Made by a program: the position numbers and the translations under genes
The notes under the pieces: model-generated
Told to the model about the DNA's origin: nothing
Seen by the model: the letters and a program-made list of their open reading frames with translations, nothing else
Databases searched by the model: none
Shown here: positions 9,594 through 19,270 of the stretch, piece by piece
Layout: each line of letters begins with the position of its first letter
How positions within the stretch are numbered: position 1 is the stretch's first letter
DNA from: a virus
Taxonomy: Duplodnaviria; Caudoviricetes
Strand: one strand, 5' to 3'
DNA length: 64,000 nt
IMG/VR virus record: IMGVR_UViG_2623620512_000004
Span: 1 to 64,000 of that record

Positions 9594-11027
9594 TTAGTGA
9601 AACAATACTTCCTGTTTGGTGTCCTCAAAGACAATCTTATCGCCATATTCAATGACCTTGCGGCCATCGACCTCGAGAATTTCCACTTGGTCAAGGTCAA
9701 CAACGTAATGCTTGTTACCGTCATCCTTGAAGGCTACCATGAGCCTTGTGACATTGTTACGAAGCATATCATCGAAGAAGTTCTTGACCTCCACGGAGTT
9801 TACTATCAGCTTATACCAGTTATCCATGAAGAGCACCCTAAGAGCATAACGGCCTTCACCATGAGAGGTCTTGATGCCTCTGAGGCAGCGGTCACACTCA
9901 ACGGCCTTGCCGAACTTCGTAAGCATTTCCATGCCTATCTTCGGTTCGTCAATGAACGGCACTCCGTTGGAATCCTTGCGCTCTGTGCGCTTGATGCCAG
10001 TGTTCTTGTATCTTACTCCCATATACTTTTTCGGTAGTTCCCTGCCTGTTTTCATGCACCAGAGACGCTTGCAGTGGGTGTTTCCCCATTTCAGCATACC
10101 CCAAGCAGCGTCATCCAGTTCCCTCAGACGCTTCTTGTTTGTAACTTTGCTACGATGTCTCAGCCAACGCTTCTTGTCTGACTTGCGCCACCACATATCG
10201 TTCTTCACACCATAGTACACGAAGCCCAGCATATCCATACCTTCGCTGATACGGTGGATTTTAGGCTCATGGGTGTTGAAGCCCAGATCGTGGAGGTACT
10301 TTATTGCCCTCTTCATCTTGCGCTTGACCTCGCCCTTGGTGGCTCCAGTGAACATGAAGTCATCAAGGTAACGCTTGTAGTCTGCGCACTTGTTCTCTTC
10401 TGTCATGAAGTGGTCGAAATCCTTCAGCGTGAGGTTGCCGATGCTCTGGCTTGGACGTATGCCGAGTGGAATACCCTTGCCCTCTGGAGCGAACCGCTCA
10501 AACGGCTCCATGAAAGTGTCAACAAACTTCTTATCCTTAAACAGGCGTTCCAAATCCTCTCTGATAAGGCTGTGAGGGATATTGTCGTAATACTTGCAGA
10601 CGTCACCCTGTCCGTACCACCGTTCTGTCCTGCGGTACTTACTCAGTGACTTCTTCATTTCAGTAGCGCACAATATCTGGCCATATCCTTTACGACTTGC
10701 GTATGTATGACGTATGAGGCTCCTGTCTATTCTCCTGTTTCCGGCCATGGTAATCAACTGGTGCTGAATGTGGGAGGGATGGAAGTGCAACTTCGCTATG
10801 TCCCTAAGTTTGTCCTGTCCGCTGACACGCTGCTCGTGCTGATATTCATCAGTGCGCATGGTGCCGTTCAAGACAAACTGCTGAATCTCGATGAGGTTGC
10901 GCCAACGGTTCCCGATATGTCTGATGACACCGGGGTTCCGCATCTTCCTGTTCGTGGATATGCGCTCTGCCTCAACGATGTTTTCCCACACCGCCATCTG
11001 TTCATATATATGGCCTTCTCTCTTCAT
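9594..11027 (-). CDS. DGR reverse transcriptase with ~140-aa C-terminal extension
   Basis: GDVCKYYDNI, GIPLGIRPSQ, YLDD (10359-10370), DMLGF motifs; adjacent TR/VR pair. Confidence 0.95.
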   Translation of the reverse strand: MKREGHIYEQMAVWENIVEAERISTNRKMRNPGVIRHIGNRWRNLIEIQQFVLNGTMRTDEYQHEQRVSGQDKLRDIAKLHFHPSHIQHQLITMAGNRRIDRSLIRHTYASRKGYGQILCATEMKKSLSKYRRTERWYGQGDVCKYYDNIPHSLIREDLERLFKDKKFVDTFMEPFERFAPEGKGIPLGIRPSQSIGNLTLKDFDHFMTEENKCADYKRYLDDFMFTGATKGEVKRKMKRAIKYLHDLGFNTHEPKIHRISEGMDMLGFVYYGVKNDMWWRKSDKKRWLRHRSKVTNKKRLRELDDAAWGMLKWGNTHCKRLWCMKTGRELPKKYMGVRYKNTGIKRTERKDSNGVPFIDEPKIGMEMLTKFGKAVECDRCLRGIKTSHGEGRYALRVLFMDNWYKLIVNSVEVKNFFDDMLRNNVTRLMVAFKDDGNKHYVVDLDQVEILEVDGRKVIEYGDKIVFEDTKQEVLFH

Positions 11028-11245
11028 TCTGTTCGCTTGCTATCGTTTCTATGTGAAGCGTTCAAATCCATTACTGGCTTACTAACGTCACGGGCGGGAC
11101 GGCTGACCGTACACCGCGCAAGGTGAATGTTGTTCCGACCCAACACGTGCTATACATACGCACACGCTGCCGAGGCTCCAGGTACTCGGGTGTTTTCCCA
11201 TGACGCAGTACTGACACCCTTATTGTTTTCTTGACTAACGTAGTT

Positions 11246-11353
11246 AGGCGAGCCGAGATGTTCGAGTTCGAGTTCGACCAAGCGTTGTTCGAGTTCGCAT
11301 AAGCGAGACCGCAATTCGCACCGTTGTTCGAGTTACCGCCAATGAGCCACAGC
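11246..11353 (-). repeat. DGR template repeat (TR)
   Basis: AAC-rich 108-bp repeat; aligns ungapped to 11533-11640 and 55735-55842. Confidence 0.95.
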
Positions 11354-11442
11354 TTCACTACCTTTATGCCTACCATCGGAGTTATGGTTTTTTCTGTTGT
11401 TGACTTACAGGGATTGTTTAACTTTCTGTTAGTGGAGTGATG

Positions 11443-11462
11443 GCAGGGGGGAAACCCCCTGC
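11443..11462. promoter_or_regulatory. DGR target-recognition hairpin/cruciform candidate
   Basis: GCAGGGGG-GAAA-CCCCCTGC perfect 8-bp GC stem with 4-nt loop just past the target stop. Confidence 0.7.
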
Positions 11463-11471
11463 ACCCCCTCC

Positions 11472-12806
11472 TTACGAATTGAGTTCAATTAGTCTCTGGA
11501 TAGACACCTTCTGCACGTTGCCATAGTATGCAAGGCGAGCCGAGAGGCGCGAGGCCGAGGCCGACCAAGCGTTGCTCGAGAGCGCATAAGCGAGACCGCA
11601 AGCCGCACCGTAGCTCGAGTCACCGCCAACGAGCCACAGCTGACCATTAGCATCATACCAGAAGTTATCGCCATAGGAGATACCAGAGATAGATTGCTTC
11701 GGAATCATATAGACACCTTGGCCTTCCTCTGAGGCGATAATGTTCATGGCCCATACGGCACTTGTAGGACGTGTCAGCTTAACATGGTCGATGTTAGCGA
11801 AGGTGTCCGCTGTAGGAGTGCCAGAAGGCATAGTGTTACCTCTCCAGAAGTAAACATCAGTACCTACAGAACACAAGCCCTGCAGCATTTCCCATTTCTG
11901 ACCCCAAGGGTTCTCGAAGCCTGCTACGCTGACGCAGTGACAGGTGTTGCTGTTGGCATCCGTTGTCGCTACGTTGCCGTCATAGTCACCAAGGCTGAGA
12001 GTGATACCAGTCTTGATGTTCTTCTGGCCATCGAAGCCACCGCTGTTCTCTGTACCGTCCAGACCGACACCCCAGACAAGGGTATTGTCAGAGCCCTTAC
12101 AGTTCTGGCTATCACGCCAAGCGTACTTAGCCATCATGTGGAACAGGAGGTGGTTACGGAAGTCCAGACCTGCGAGACCGTGGTTCTTCGAGCGTAACTG
12201 TGCCTTATCCCAGAAGCCTTTGACGGTCTGGCTGTCAGCAGTGACAACACCGGGCAACGAGCGAAGTTTGCCGTCCACGATGGAGCACTTGAACTTGCCG
12301 ACCACCAACTGAGGAATCTCATAGCCGCCAGGCAGTGGTACGAGTGACAGCCAGAGACGCTGCACGGTGGTAGCACCGATAGTCTTTGTCTGCACACGGC
12401 CATAGGTCTTAGGAACAATCTTCATGAAGTCGCAGTTGGCGAGAGAGGAAATGACAGTGCCATCGTTGTTCAAGAGAGACATACCCTCTTCCGAAAAGCG
12501 GCCGTCATTGCGGTTCAGCACAGCACAGTTGCCGTTGGCATCCATGATGACAGAGACAGCGGAATCCTCCAATAACTGCCTCATGTGCATATTACCGCCT
12601 ACGTCTACCCTTGTGCTGCCAAGGCTCGAAGCCTTGTTGACATCAATGTAGAACGCAAGGTCATTCAAAACTTCCTCATCGTTGTCGTTGAGGTGTTGAC
12701 GGAACTCTTCGATGGTCATCTGTCCGACTTTACCACCGAAGTTTCCGAAGATACTGTTTCCGTCACTCATGGAGTGAACGAAATCCGCATTGATTAACTT
12801 TTTCAT
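11472..12806 (-). CDS. DGR target 1: tail/receptor-binding protein with C-terminal C-type-lectin-like VR
   Basis: GFENPWGQKWE and GG...G..CGLAY......W......SARL motifs; VR at 3' end; inside tail module. Confidence 0.88.
   Translation of the reverse strand: MKKLINADFVHSMSDGNSIFGNFGGKVGQMTIEEFRQHLNDNDEEVLNDLAFYIDVNKASSLGSTRVDVGGNMHMRQLLEDSAVSVIMDANGNCAVLNRNDGRFSEEGMSLLNNDGTVISSLANCDFMKIVPKTYGRVQTKTIGATTVQRLWLSLVPLPGGYEIPQLVVGKFKCSIVDGKLRSLPGVVTADSQTVKGFWDKAQLRSKNHGLAGLDFRNHLLFHMMAKYAWRDSQNCKGSDNTLVWGVGLDGTENSGGFDGQKNIKTGITLSLGDYDGNVATTDANSNTCHCVSVAGFENPWGQKWEMLQGLCSVGTDVYFWRGNTMPSGTPTADTFANIDHVKLTRPTSAVWAMNIIASEEGQGVYMIPKQSISGISYGDNFWYDANGQLWLVGGDSSYGAACGLAYALSSNAWSASASRLSARLAYYGNVQKVSIQRLIELNS
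11533..11640 (-). repeat. DGR variable repeat VR1
   Basis: 16 mismatches to TR by manual count, all at TR adenines of the coding strand. Confidence 0.95.
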
Positions 12807-12817
12807 ATATCAAGGAT

Positions 12818-13855
12818 TTAGAGTGTTGCTGTTACCTGTACGTCAGCATCGGCATGGTACGCACCTTCGCCAGAGCCTACCAGACAGTGGTCTGGAGTGA
12901 TGGTGACGGTGGCTCCTGTGCCACTGGTCTTTTGCTCTCCGACAGCGTTGAACACCTGCCAAGCATACGAGACGGCTCCTGCATACGCACTGCCGTTCTT
13001 GGTCACTGAGAGGGTGTACACAGCGTTATGGCCGATACCTACGTAGTTGCTTCCTGCGTTGGTTGGCGTGTAAGCAATCTGGTACTCATCGGCAATATCG
13101 TTGATTCTCTGGCTGTCCTGTGCAACGGCATTGTTGTTCAAGAACAACTTAGCGATGAAGATACTACCGCCCTCGACCATGGCCCTTGTGACAGTGAGGG
13201 TGTTACTGGTCTGACCGGAAATCTCAGTGCCGTCTTGATACCACTTTATCGTATAGCCGTTGCTGCCGATGGTCACAGGGTCTGTACCATAGTAGCCTAC
13301 GGCTGTGAGGGTGGCCGTGGTATTGGTATCATCAATCTCTACCCTGTTGGTAGTAATCTGAAGGATATGGCTGTCAGAGCCTGCCGTCTGGATAAGCACG
13401 TCAACATTACCCTGTACCTTGTCGGTCATGGCGTTGCAGACGTAGTTCACCTCATACGTAATCTGTTGGTTGGCCACCACACTTGCGGATGCGAGGTTGG
13501 CGACAACCTTCAACTCGTAGTAGTTACCATTGATACGTGCTTGGAAGCGAGCATCATTACTTGCCGTCACCCATGTAGAGCCGTCCAGCGTGAAGTTCAA
13601 GGTCACACCTGCATAGGCCCATGTGACACTCGTAATCTCTGCCGTATAGCCTGCCGAGGAACGGACGCCTAACTGTACGATAGGCTGATTGGCCGCAACA
13701 CTCCAGTCTGGCGATACCGCTCCACTCGTTGGGTCTACGACTTGGAACAAAGCGGCACCATTACCGTTCTGGTCAATGACATTGCGGACAACAAACACTT
13801 GGTCTCCGTTACGAAGGAAGCGGACGGAGAAAGCCGCACCTGCTGTCTTACTCAT
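12818..13855 (-). CDS. Tail structural protein with Ig-like domains
   Basis: Beta-rich, YTIKWYQDG Ig-like motif, tail context. Confidence 0.6.
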   Translation of the reverse strand: MSKTAGAAFSVRFLRNGDQVFVVRNVIDQNGNGAALFQVVDPTSGAVSPDWSVAANQPIVQLGVRSSAGYTAEITSVTWAYAGVTLNFTLDGSTWVTASNDARFQARINGNYYELKVVANLASASVVANQQITYEVNYVCNAMTDKVQGNVDVLIQTAGSDSHILQITTNRVEIDDTNTTATLTAVGYYGTDPVTIGSNGYTIKWYQDGTEISGQTSNTLTVTRAMVEGGSIFIAKLFLNNNAVAQDSQRINDIADEYQIAYTPTNAGSNYVGIGHNAVYTLSVTKNGSAYAGAVSYAWQVFNAVGEQKTSGTGATVTITPDHCLVGSGEGAYHADADVQVTATL

Positions 13856-14058
13856 TTCTTATGCTTTTTCATATAGTTAATAACCTCTGATTCCTCCATG
13901 AGTTCTCCACCAAGCAACTGTGCAGCATCTTCAATGTCTGCATCCACAAGGCGCAATTCGTTCTCATTGACAATCATCTTATTGTCGATGGTGATGTGCA
14001 GGGCAGGAACCAAGCCGTACTGCTCACCTTTCTTCGTGACTATGATAGCGTACTTCAT
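13852..14058 (-). CDS. Hypothetical protein
   Basis: 68-aa ORF coupled to neighbours. Confidence 0.55.
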   Translation of the reverse strand: MKYAIIVTKKGEQYGLVPALHITIDNKMIVNENELRLVDADIEDAAQLLGGELMEESEVINYMKKHKK

Positions 14059-14061
14059 AAC

Positions 14062-15321
14062 TTATCCTATTAGCGGTTCGTCATTCTCATCAGTAAATAC
14101 CACATCGTTCTCATCAGTCAGCAGTTCGTCCTTGCCGTGAGCATCAACGTTGAACCAGAGGTCGAAGAAACTGTCATTGACGGTAAGGCCGATGTCAAGG
14201 CCCTCGATGGCTGCAAGGAGGTGTTCGCCTCTCTGCCAAGACTTCTCGGCTGCATACTTCCATGTGCCGTTATCGTTGTACTTGGCCTGCGTCATCCACT
14301 GGATGAGATAGAAGCACTCTGGGTACTCAATCATCCTGTCTGCGAGATTCAGCAGGACGTTGTTCTCATAGACCTGCTGTGATGGCGAAATATCGGCATT
14401 TCTCAGAGGCTTGCCAAAGGACGGCATGGTAGTGGACGTATGCAGGCCGATGGTAGCCTGTGCCACTACGGCACTGTTCTTGATGAACTGCACATCGTAT
14501 TCTGCCTTGTCAATCTGGCGCATATCGAACTTGATGGTGGGATAGGTTGCCAACATCAGTTCTGGGCTTGCCTCGCTGTTTGGCGTGAGGGCTGTTGACT
14601 GGCCATGACGCACAACACGCATGGTAACGCCTGCAGACAACGAGTTCTGGAGTGATGTTCCAGAGACCAGAATGACATTCACGGACTGCTCATAGCACTT
14701 GCCAGAGACATAATCAGCCCTTGTGCCTTGCACGGTGATTCCTCTGGCCACCTTGTATTCGTACAGCAGGAGGTCATCAAACAAGGGATCGTATTCCACC
14801 AGAGGCTTGTCAACGGAGCATGACAGGGAATCGTCACCCTTGTCAGTGCAGGTGAGCGACATTTCATCACTCTCCACGTTATACACGATGCCTGTACGCC
14901 AGTCAAGAAACGAGCCCTTGAAACGGAGCACGGCCTTTGACGATGCAGGGAGGTTCTTGTTGATGGTCAACGCACCTCGGAGGTCTGTAGCAGTAGTGTT
15001 GATGGTGTAGTCAGTAGTGACAGTCCACACATCTTCGATAGGCTCACCGTCCACATACCACTGAATGGTGTCAAGAGAGAGATACGAGTTCGCAGGGCCA
15101 TGATGGAAAACGTTGTCTGGGTCTGCTGCCCTCACATCTGGGAATATCACCGTAGGGGTCAGCGCCCTGTTCGGCTCATACTGAGGTGTGCCAGACAGAA
15201 CGTTGATGCTCTGGGTGGCAGGAGAGAGAGGCGTGAGACATACCAACGAACAGCTGACGGTCAGCGGCTCAAACTTCACTCTGGTATGTGACCTCTGTGA
15301 TGCAAATTGATTCTCGTTCAT
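14062..15321 (-). CDS. Tail/baseplate structural protein
   Basis: 419-aa ORF in tail operon. Confidence 0.6.
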   Translation of the reverse strand: MNENQFASQRSHTRVKFEPLTVSCSLVCLTPLSPATQSINVLSGTPQYEPNRALTPTVIFPDVRAADPDNVFHHGPANSYLSLDTIQWYVDGEPIEDVWTVTTDYTINTTATDLRGALTINKNLPASSKAVLRFKGSFLDWRTGIVYNVESDEMSLTCTDKGDDSLSCSVDKPLVEYDPLFDDLLLYEYKVARGITVQGTRADYVSGKCYEQSVNVILVSGTSLQNSLSAGVTMRVVRHGQSTALTPNSEASPELMLATYPTIKFDMRQIDKAEYDVQFIKNSAVVAQATIGLHTSTTMPSFGKPLRNADISPSQQVYENNVLLNLADRMIEYPECFYLIQWMTQAKYNDNGTWKYAAEKSWQRGEHLLAAIEGLDIGLTVNDSFFDLWFNVDAHGKDELLTDENDVVFTDENDEPLIG

Positions 15322-15324
15322 ATC

Positions 15325-18129
15325 TTAACTGTTATAGTTTGCCTGTGCCTGTGCTACATTGTTCGCTGCATCCGTAGCAACAACACTGAAAACAGCGGCT
15401 ATCTTGTGGATGCCGTCTATTCCCAAGTCATTGAAACTTATCTGGAAGGGGTTCTGCACACTCGTATGCTGTGCGTTCCATACCGCATCGGAGGCGGCAT
15501 CACCTGTGTTCCTCGTTACCGAGAAGTGAGTAAACTCATCCGTGACATTGACACCATAGCCGTTGAGGATGGTACATGACACATCTTCCGTCTCGCCAGG
15601 AGCCAACGTACCGCCAAGAGACTGCTCGATGAACATTCTGTAGTCGATACGCTCAAAGGTGTCTAACTGTCCGAAGATATACGCATTGCCGAATACCTGT
15701 CCGTAGCCGTGGAAAGTTTTGGTATAGGGCTGTCCGCTTGAATCTATGGCAGGCATCGAGAAACCTTCTATATGGCCTCGAATCTCATAGTAGTTGGCAG
15801 GCTGAAATTCCCAAGTGGAAACGCCTGTGAGAGCCAAGGAATACTCCGTTGTCGTATAGATGAACGCCTGACGCTGAGTGTTGCTGACATTGCCACGCCC
15901 TGCGAACGTCATGCCTACGAACGGATGGAAACCGTTACCACCGTCCAACTGGCTTCTGAGAATGTAGGTGAAGTTCTGGTTGTTCTGGCCGCTGACAGAC
16001 GTTATCTGGAAATACACGGTCTTGAAGCCTGCGAACGTGAAGTTACCGACATTATCATCAGTGTTCGCATTCGCATTGCCAGAGAGGTCATGCCAGATAC
16101 CCATGCACAAGTCACCGACAGCGATAGCACCTACCTCACCATCCTCCAGTTTCAGTGTGCCGGAGCCTATCTCCGCTCCCTGTGCGTCTGGTGTGACAGA
16201 TTCGATGATACCACCTCCGAAGGTGTCCCATCTGATACCTGTGTAGATGGATATGCGGTTATACCTCAGTTCTGGCACCTCCAACCACTCCCACAGCTTC
16301 AGAGAGCGCATTTCTCCGTTACCGTTGCCGTCAATGTTACCACCACGGCCAACAAGGCCAGGAACGAACTGAGCACCGAACTGAGCACCCTTCTTGTGGA
16401 TGGACTTCTCTTCAAAGGTTATCTGGCCAATGGCGGTGTCTGCCCTGTCCCTGCGAAGGAACTGCTTGTCAGAGCGTTTTGCCGAATATACGTTGTAGTC
16501 ACTGGCAGGGGTCTGAGAGGTGGTTGTGATGACATACACGCCAGAGCCTCCAGAACCCTCGCTCTGGTAGGTCACACCGTTGTACGTAAGGCTGTCAACC
16601 TTTCCCTGCAGGTCCTTGAAGTGAGAATACACCTGCGCCTCACCGACAGTATATTTCGGAGTGTCGTAAGGTATATCCAGTTTCATTTCAAAGCCAATGA
16701 TTCTGGAACTGCGTCCGTTCGGGAAATACGTTGGGTTGAGCAACTGCACCTTCTGACCGAGGCTGTAGCAGACGAAAACTTCCGTGTCCATCTTGTTCGA
16801 GTACCAGTCAGAGCGCATCGTACACTCATACGTGTTGGGGTCAACCTTCATATCTTCCAACTTGTTACAGACGGCATTGTACAGTTCCATTTCTGCGTCA
16901 TCAATGATGCCTGTCTCTGCTATCTGGGTAGCGTCCCAGTTGTACAGTACGAAATGGTCGTTCACGGATGGATGCAGGTCTGGGTCTGGCAGGAAACGGC
17001 CATAGTCCTCGTTGGCTACCACCTCATAGTAGTGGTCAGTATTGTCGTACTGGCACTCGAAGTCCATGCCGTTCATACTACCGCTTGTGAACTGGATATG
17101 CAGGGTCTCGCCTTCAAGAATCATGTTGGTATTGAAGTTGAAGCCGCTGCCATCGTACAGACGATAGAACGTTCTTGTGATGGTCTCGCCAGTCTCTTCG
17201 TCCTCAACAGTTTTCTGGTAGGTCTCTATCCTGCTGATATAACAGTCCACTTTCGGATAGATGTTCTCATCAATGACTACAGCCTCGACAGCTTCCGTCT
17301 CGTTCTGGATCGTAGCGTCCTGCACATAACCATAGGGGCAAAGGGAGAGAGGAAGCATCAATCGCTTCTGGACTACGCCATTGTGAATGATGTCCGCTCC
17401 TTGGTCCTCTCTGTAATTCGATGGCAGGTTGCGAGTAGAGCCAAAGGCAATGATACGTGTAGCAAACTCCTTACTGCTCTTTGAACTACTCATTTCCTCG
17501 ACATTCTCATCCAGTTCGAAGTCTATCTCTTCACCGCTGAGTTCGCACTTGCCGAAATAGATGACGTTGGCCTCTACCCACCATTCACACTCATAGGCCG
17601 TTGCCAGTTCGTTCAGTGCCGAGATAAAGTCAATATCTTGGTACTGTACCAACTTAGCGGCATCAATCTTGTCAGCAGGGAAATTCACCAACTGGAACGT
17701 AAAACTCTGGGTCAGATTGTACCTGTAGTTCGTATCAAGATTACCGAGGGCATTGATGCCTGCGACAATGAGCGTCAGATGGGTAGAAATGGTGGCCGTG
17801 AGGTTGAACGATGTCTCACTGGCACTGGATGCAGGGTTGTACCTGCACTTCTTGTTCTTCCACTTGATGTAGTACGCATCCAACTGGAGTTCGTACTTGT
17901 ATGCTCCGCTGTCAACATCGAACTTGGGGGCATAAGGGTAGGTGAGTTCGAAGTGGCCGAAGTCTGGCAGTTCAATGTAGTCACCGACTTTCAGATAGAT
18001 AGGCTCATCCAGTGAGAATGGCAACTTCACATAGTGGTCTGCCATCAGTTCCCTGTGAACCAATGAACCCTCTGGCACTGCGTCAAAGGTGTGGATGGTG
18101 TTTCCGTTGAGCCTCTTTATCTGTATCAT
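15325..18129 (-). CDS. Tail tip / baseplate hub (Tal-like) protein
   Basis: 934 aa after Dit-like gene; ATRIIAFGSTRNLP motif typical of Bacteroidales prophage tail proteins. Confidence 0.7.
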   Translation of the reverse strand: MIQIKRLNGNTIHTFDAVPEGSLVHRELMADHYVKLPFSLDEPIYLKVGDYIELPDFGHFELTYPYAPKFDVDSGAYKYELQLDAYYIKWKNKKCRYNPASSASETSFNLTATISTHLTLIVAGINALGNLDTNYRYNLTQSFTFQLVNFPADKIDAAKLVQYQDIDFISALNELATAYECEWWVEANVIYFGKCELSGEEIDFELDENVEEMSSSKSSKEFATRIIAFGSTRNLPSNYREDQGADIIHNGVVQKRLMLPLSLCPYGYVQDATIQNETEAVEAVVIDENIYPKVDCYISRIETYQKTVEDEETGETITRTFYRLYDGSGFNFNTNMILEGETLHIQFTSGSMNGMDFECQYDNTDHYYEVVANEDYGRFLPDPDLHPSVNDHFVLYNWDATQIAETGIIDDAEMELYNAVCNKLEDMKVDPNTYECTMRSDWYSNKMDTEVFVCYSLGQKVQLLNPTYFPNGRSSRIIGFEMKLDIPYDTPKYTVGEAQVYSHFKDLQGKVDSLTYNGVTYQSEGSGGSGVYVITTTSQTPASDYNVYSAKRSDKQFLRRDRADTAIGQITFEEKSIHKKGAQFGAQFVPGLVGRGGNIDGNGNGEMRSLKLWEWLEVPELRYNRISIYTGIRWDTFGGGIIESVTPDAQGAEIGSGTLKLEDGEVGAIAVGDLCMGIWHDLSGNANANTDDNVGNFTFAGFKTVYFQITSVSGQNNQNFTYILRSQLDGGNGFHPFVGMTFAGRGNVSNTQRQAFIYTTTEYSLALTGVSTWEFQPANYYEIRGHIEGFSMPAIDSSGQPYTKTFHGYGQVFGNAYIFGQLDTFERIDYRMFIEQSLGGTLAPGETEDVSCTILNGYGVNVTDEFTHFSVTRNTGDAASDAVWNAQHTSVQNPFQISFNDLGIDGIHKIAAVFSVVATDAANNVAQAQANYNS

Positions 18130-18133
18130 GCGA

Positions 18134-18167
18134 CAAAATTACGAAATTCTATTTGAATAACAAATAC
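18134..18167 (-). promoter_or_regulatory. Class B promoter/operator
   Basis: GTATTTGTTATTCAAAT-N9-TAATTTTG; Bacteroidetes -33 TTTG / -7 TAnnTTTG. Confidence 0.7.
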
Positions 18168-18179
18168 ATTTAACTGTTT

Positions 18180-18629
18180 TTATTCATTCTGGCTGTTATT
18201 AGTCTCGACTGGCAGTGCCCTGTTCGTGGGGTCTGGCTCGTTCAGCTTCAGCGAGAACGTGGCGCACTCAGTGATAAATTCATCAAACTGGGTGCATGAA
18301 AGATAGTTGCAACGGTACATGACTGTCGGCTGATACCTTGTCTTGATTTCCAGATAGCCAGTAGCGAGAATCTGGGTACAGAAGTTAGCATACTTCGTGA
18401 AGAAATCATTCGTATTCCGAGCATACAGTTGGATGGGAAGGGTCAAGTCCCTCTCATCGTACTTGGGGTCTTTATTGACCACCTTCTTACCATGTTGCTG
18501 ACGACTCTTACTGCTGATGACCGCTTTCATGGGCGGTGGAGCCATAAGGGCTGACAAGCCTTTCTGCGTCATACTGATTCCGTAGTCAGTAAAGACATCG
18601 TGGTTATTGATTATCAAATCTCCTTGCAT
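18180..18629 (-). CDS. Distal tail protein (Dit)-like
   Basis: Size and position after tape measure; ERDLTL and LKLNEPDP motifs. Confidence 0.6.
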   Translation of the reverse strand: MQGDLIINNHDVFTDYGISMTQKGLSALMAPPPMKAVISSKSRQQHGKKVVNKDPKYDERDLTLPIQLYARNTNDFFTKYANFCTQILATGYLEIKTRYQPTVMYRCNYLSCTQFDEFITECATFSLKLNEPDPTNRALPVETNNSQNE

Positions 18630-18739
18630 TGCGAGTGATATTTGGTTACTTATTTTCTTCGTAGAACATCATTGCGTCCGCTGTGTGCTCGTTTTATCCT
18701 CTGGATGGATAGTTATAAGGGTGCAACAGGAAAAGACGC

Positions 18740-19267
18740 TTATTTCCGCTCTGTGTGCAGGTGGTATCCCTTGCCGTGGAACTTGGCTTTGCCGAAGGTC
18801 TCACAGCCGCATTTGTCTGATTTGCCGATGAAGGTGCTTTCATCATCCATGATGGCATCTGCAGCACCCTTGCCGACAACCCATGCCTTGCCGTAGCCCC
18901 AGACGTGGTTATCGCCAACAGTGACCACCATATCCTTCACGACAACCTTACACTTGGTGCCTGTGAAGTCGAGGCCGCTGACCTCATCTACCAGGACAAT
19001 ATCTGTTGGCAGGCTGTCAGAGGGTACTTCATTGAAGAACAGCCTTACACCGCTCTCCGCTACCAGTTCCCTGTACTTCTTGAACATGAAGGTAGGCATA
19101 CTGCCCTTGCCCCATACCCATAGCATGAGATTGGTACCAAGGCCGACAAACTTTAGGAAGTCTATCGTGGAAACATTATCGTCAAGGACCATAGCCCTAA
19201 CCTTTCCGCAGTACGTCTCTGGATGCTTATCCAGAATCTCGTGTATCTCTTCTCTGAACTTATCCAT
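18740..19267 (-). CDS. Hypothetical protein
   Basis: 175-aa ORF directly after TMP. Confidence 0.55.
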   Translation of the reverse strand: MDKFREEIHEILDKHPETYCGKVRAMVLDDNVSTIDFLKFVGLGTNLMLWVWGKGSMPTFMFKKYRELVAESGVRLFFNEVPSDSLPTDIVLVDEVSGLDFTGTKCKVVVKDMVVTVGDNHVWGYGKAWVVGKGAADAIMDDESTFIGKSDKCGCETFGKAKFHGKGYHLHTERK

Positions 19268-19270
19268 ATC

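Larger units (their letters stand above)
9594..12806 (-). mobile_element. Diversity-generating retroelement cassette (target-VR, hairpin, TR, RT)
   Basis: RT plus a 108-bp TR/VR pair differing only at TR adenines. Confidence 0.95.

Noticed and set aside
9594-11027. RT as group II intron, retron or Abi RT
   Set aside because: The adjacent adenine-specific TR/VR pair defines a DGR; no intron domain V or maturase/endonuclease domain seen
11071-11376. 101-aa ORF resembling the target C-terminus
   Set aside because: It is the translated TR (Asn-rich AAC codons) plus spacer; treated as the template RNA, not a third target
15772-17484. 570-aa plus-strand ORF (likewise 9189-10037, 262-1035, 37481-38239, 49134-49928)
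   Set aside because: Antisense shadows of well-supported genes, with no recognisable motifs
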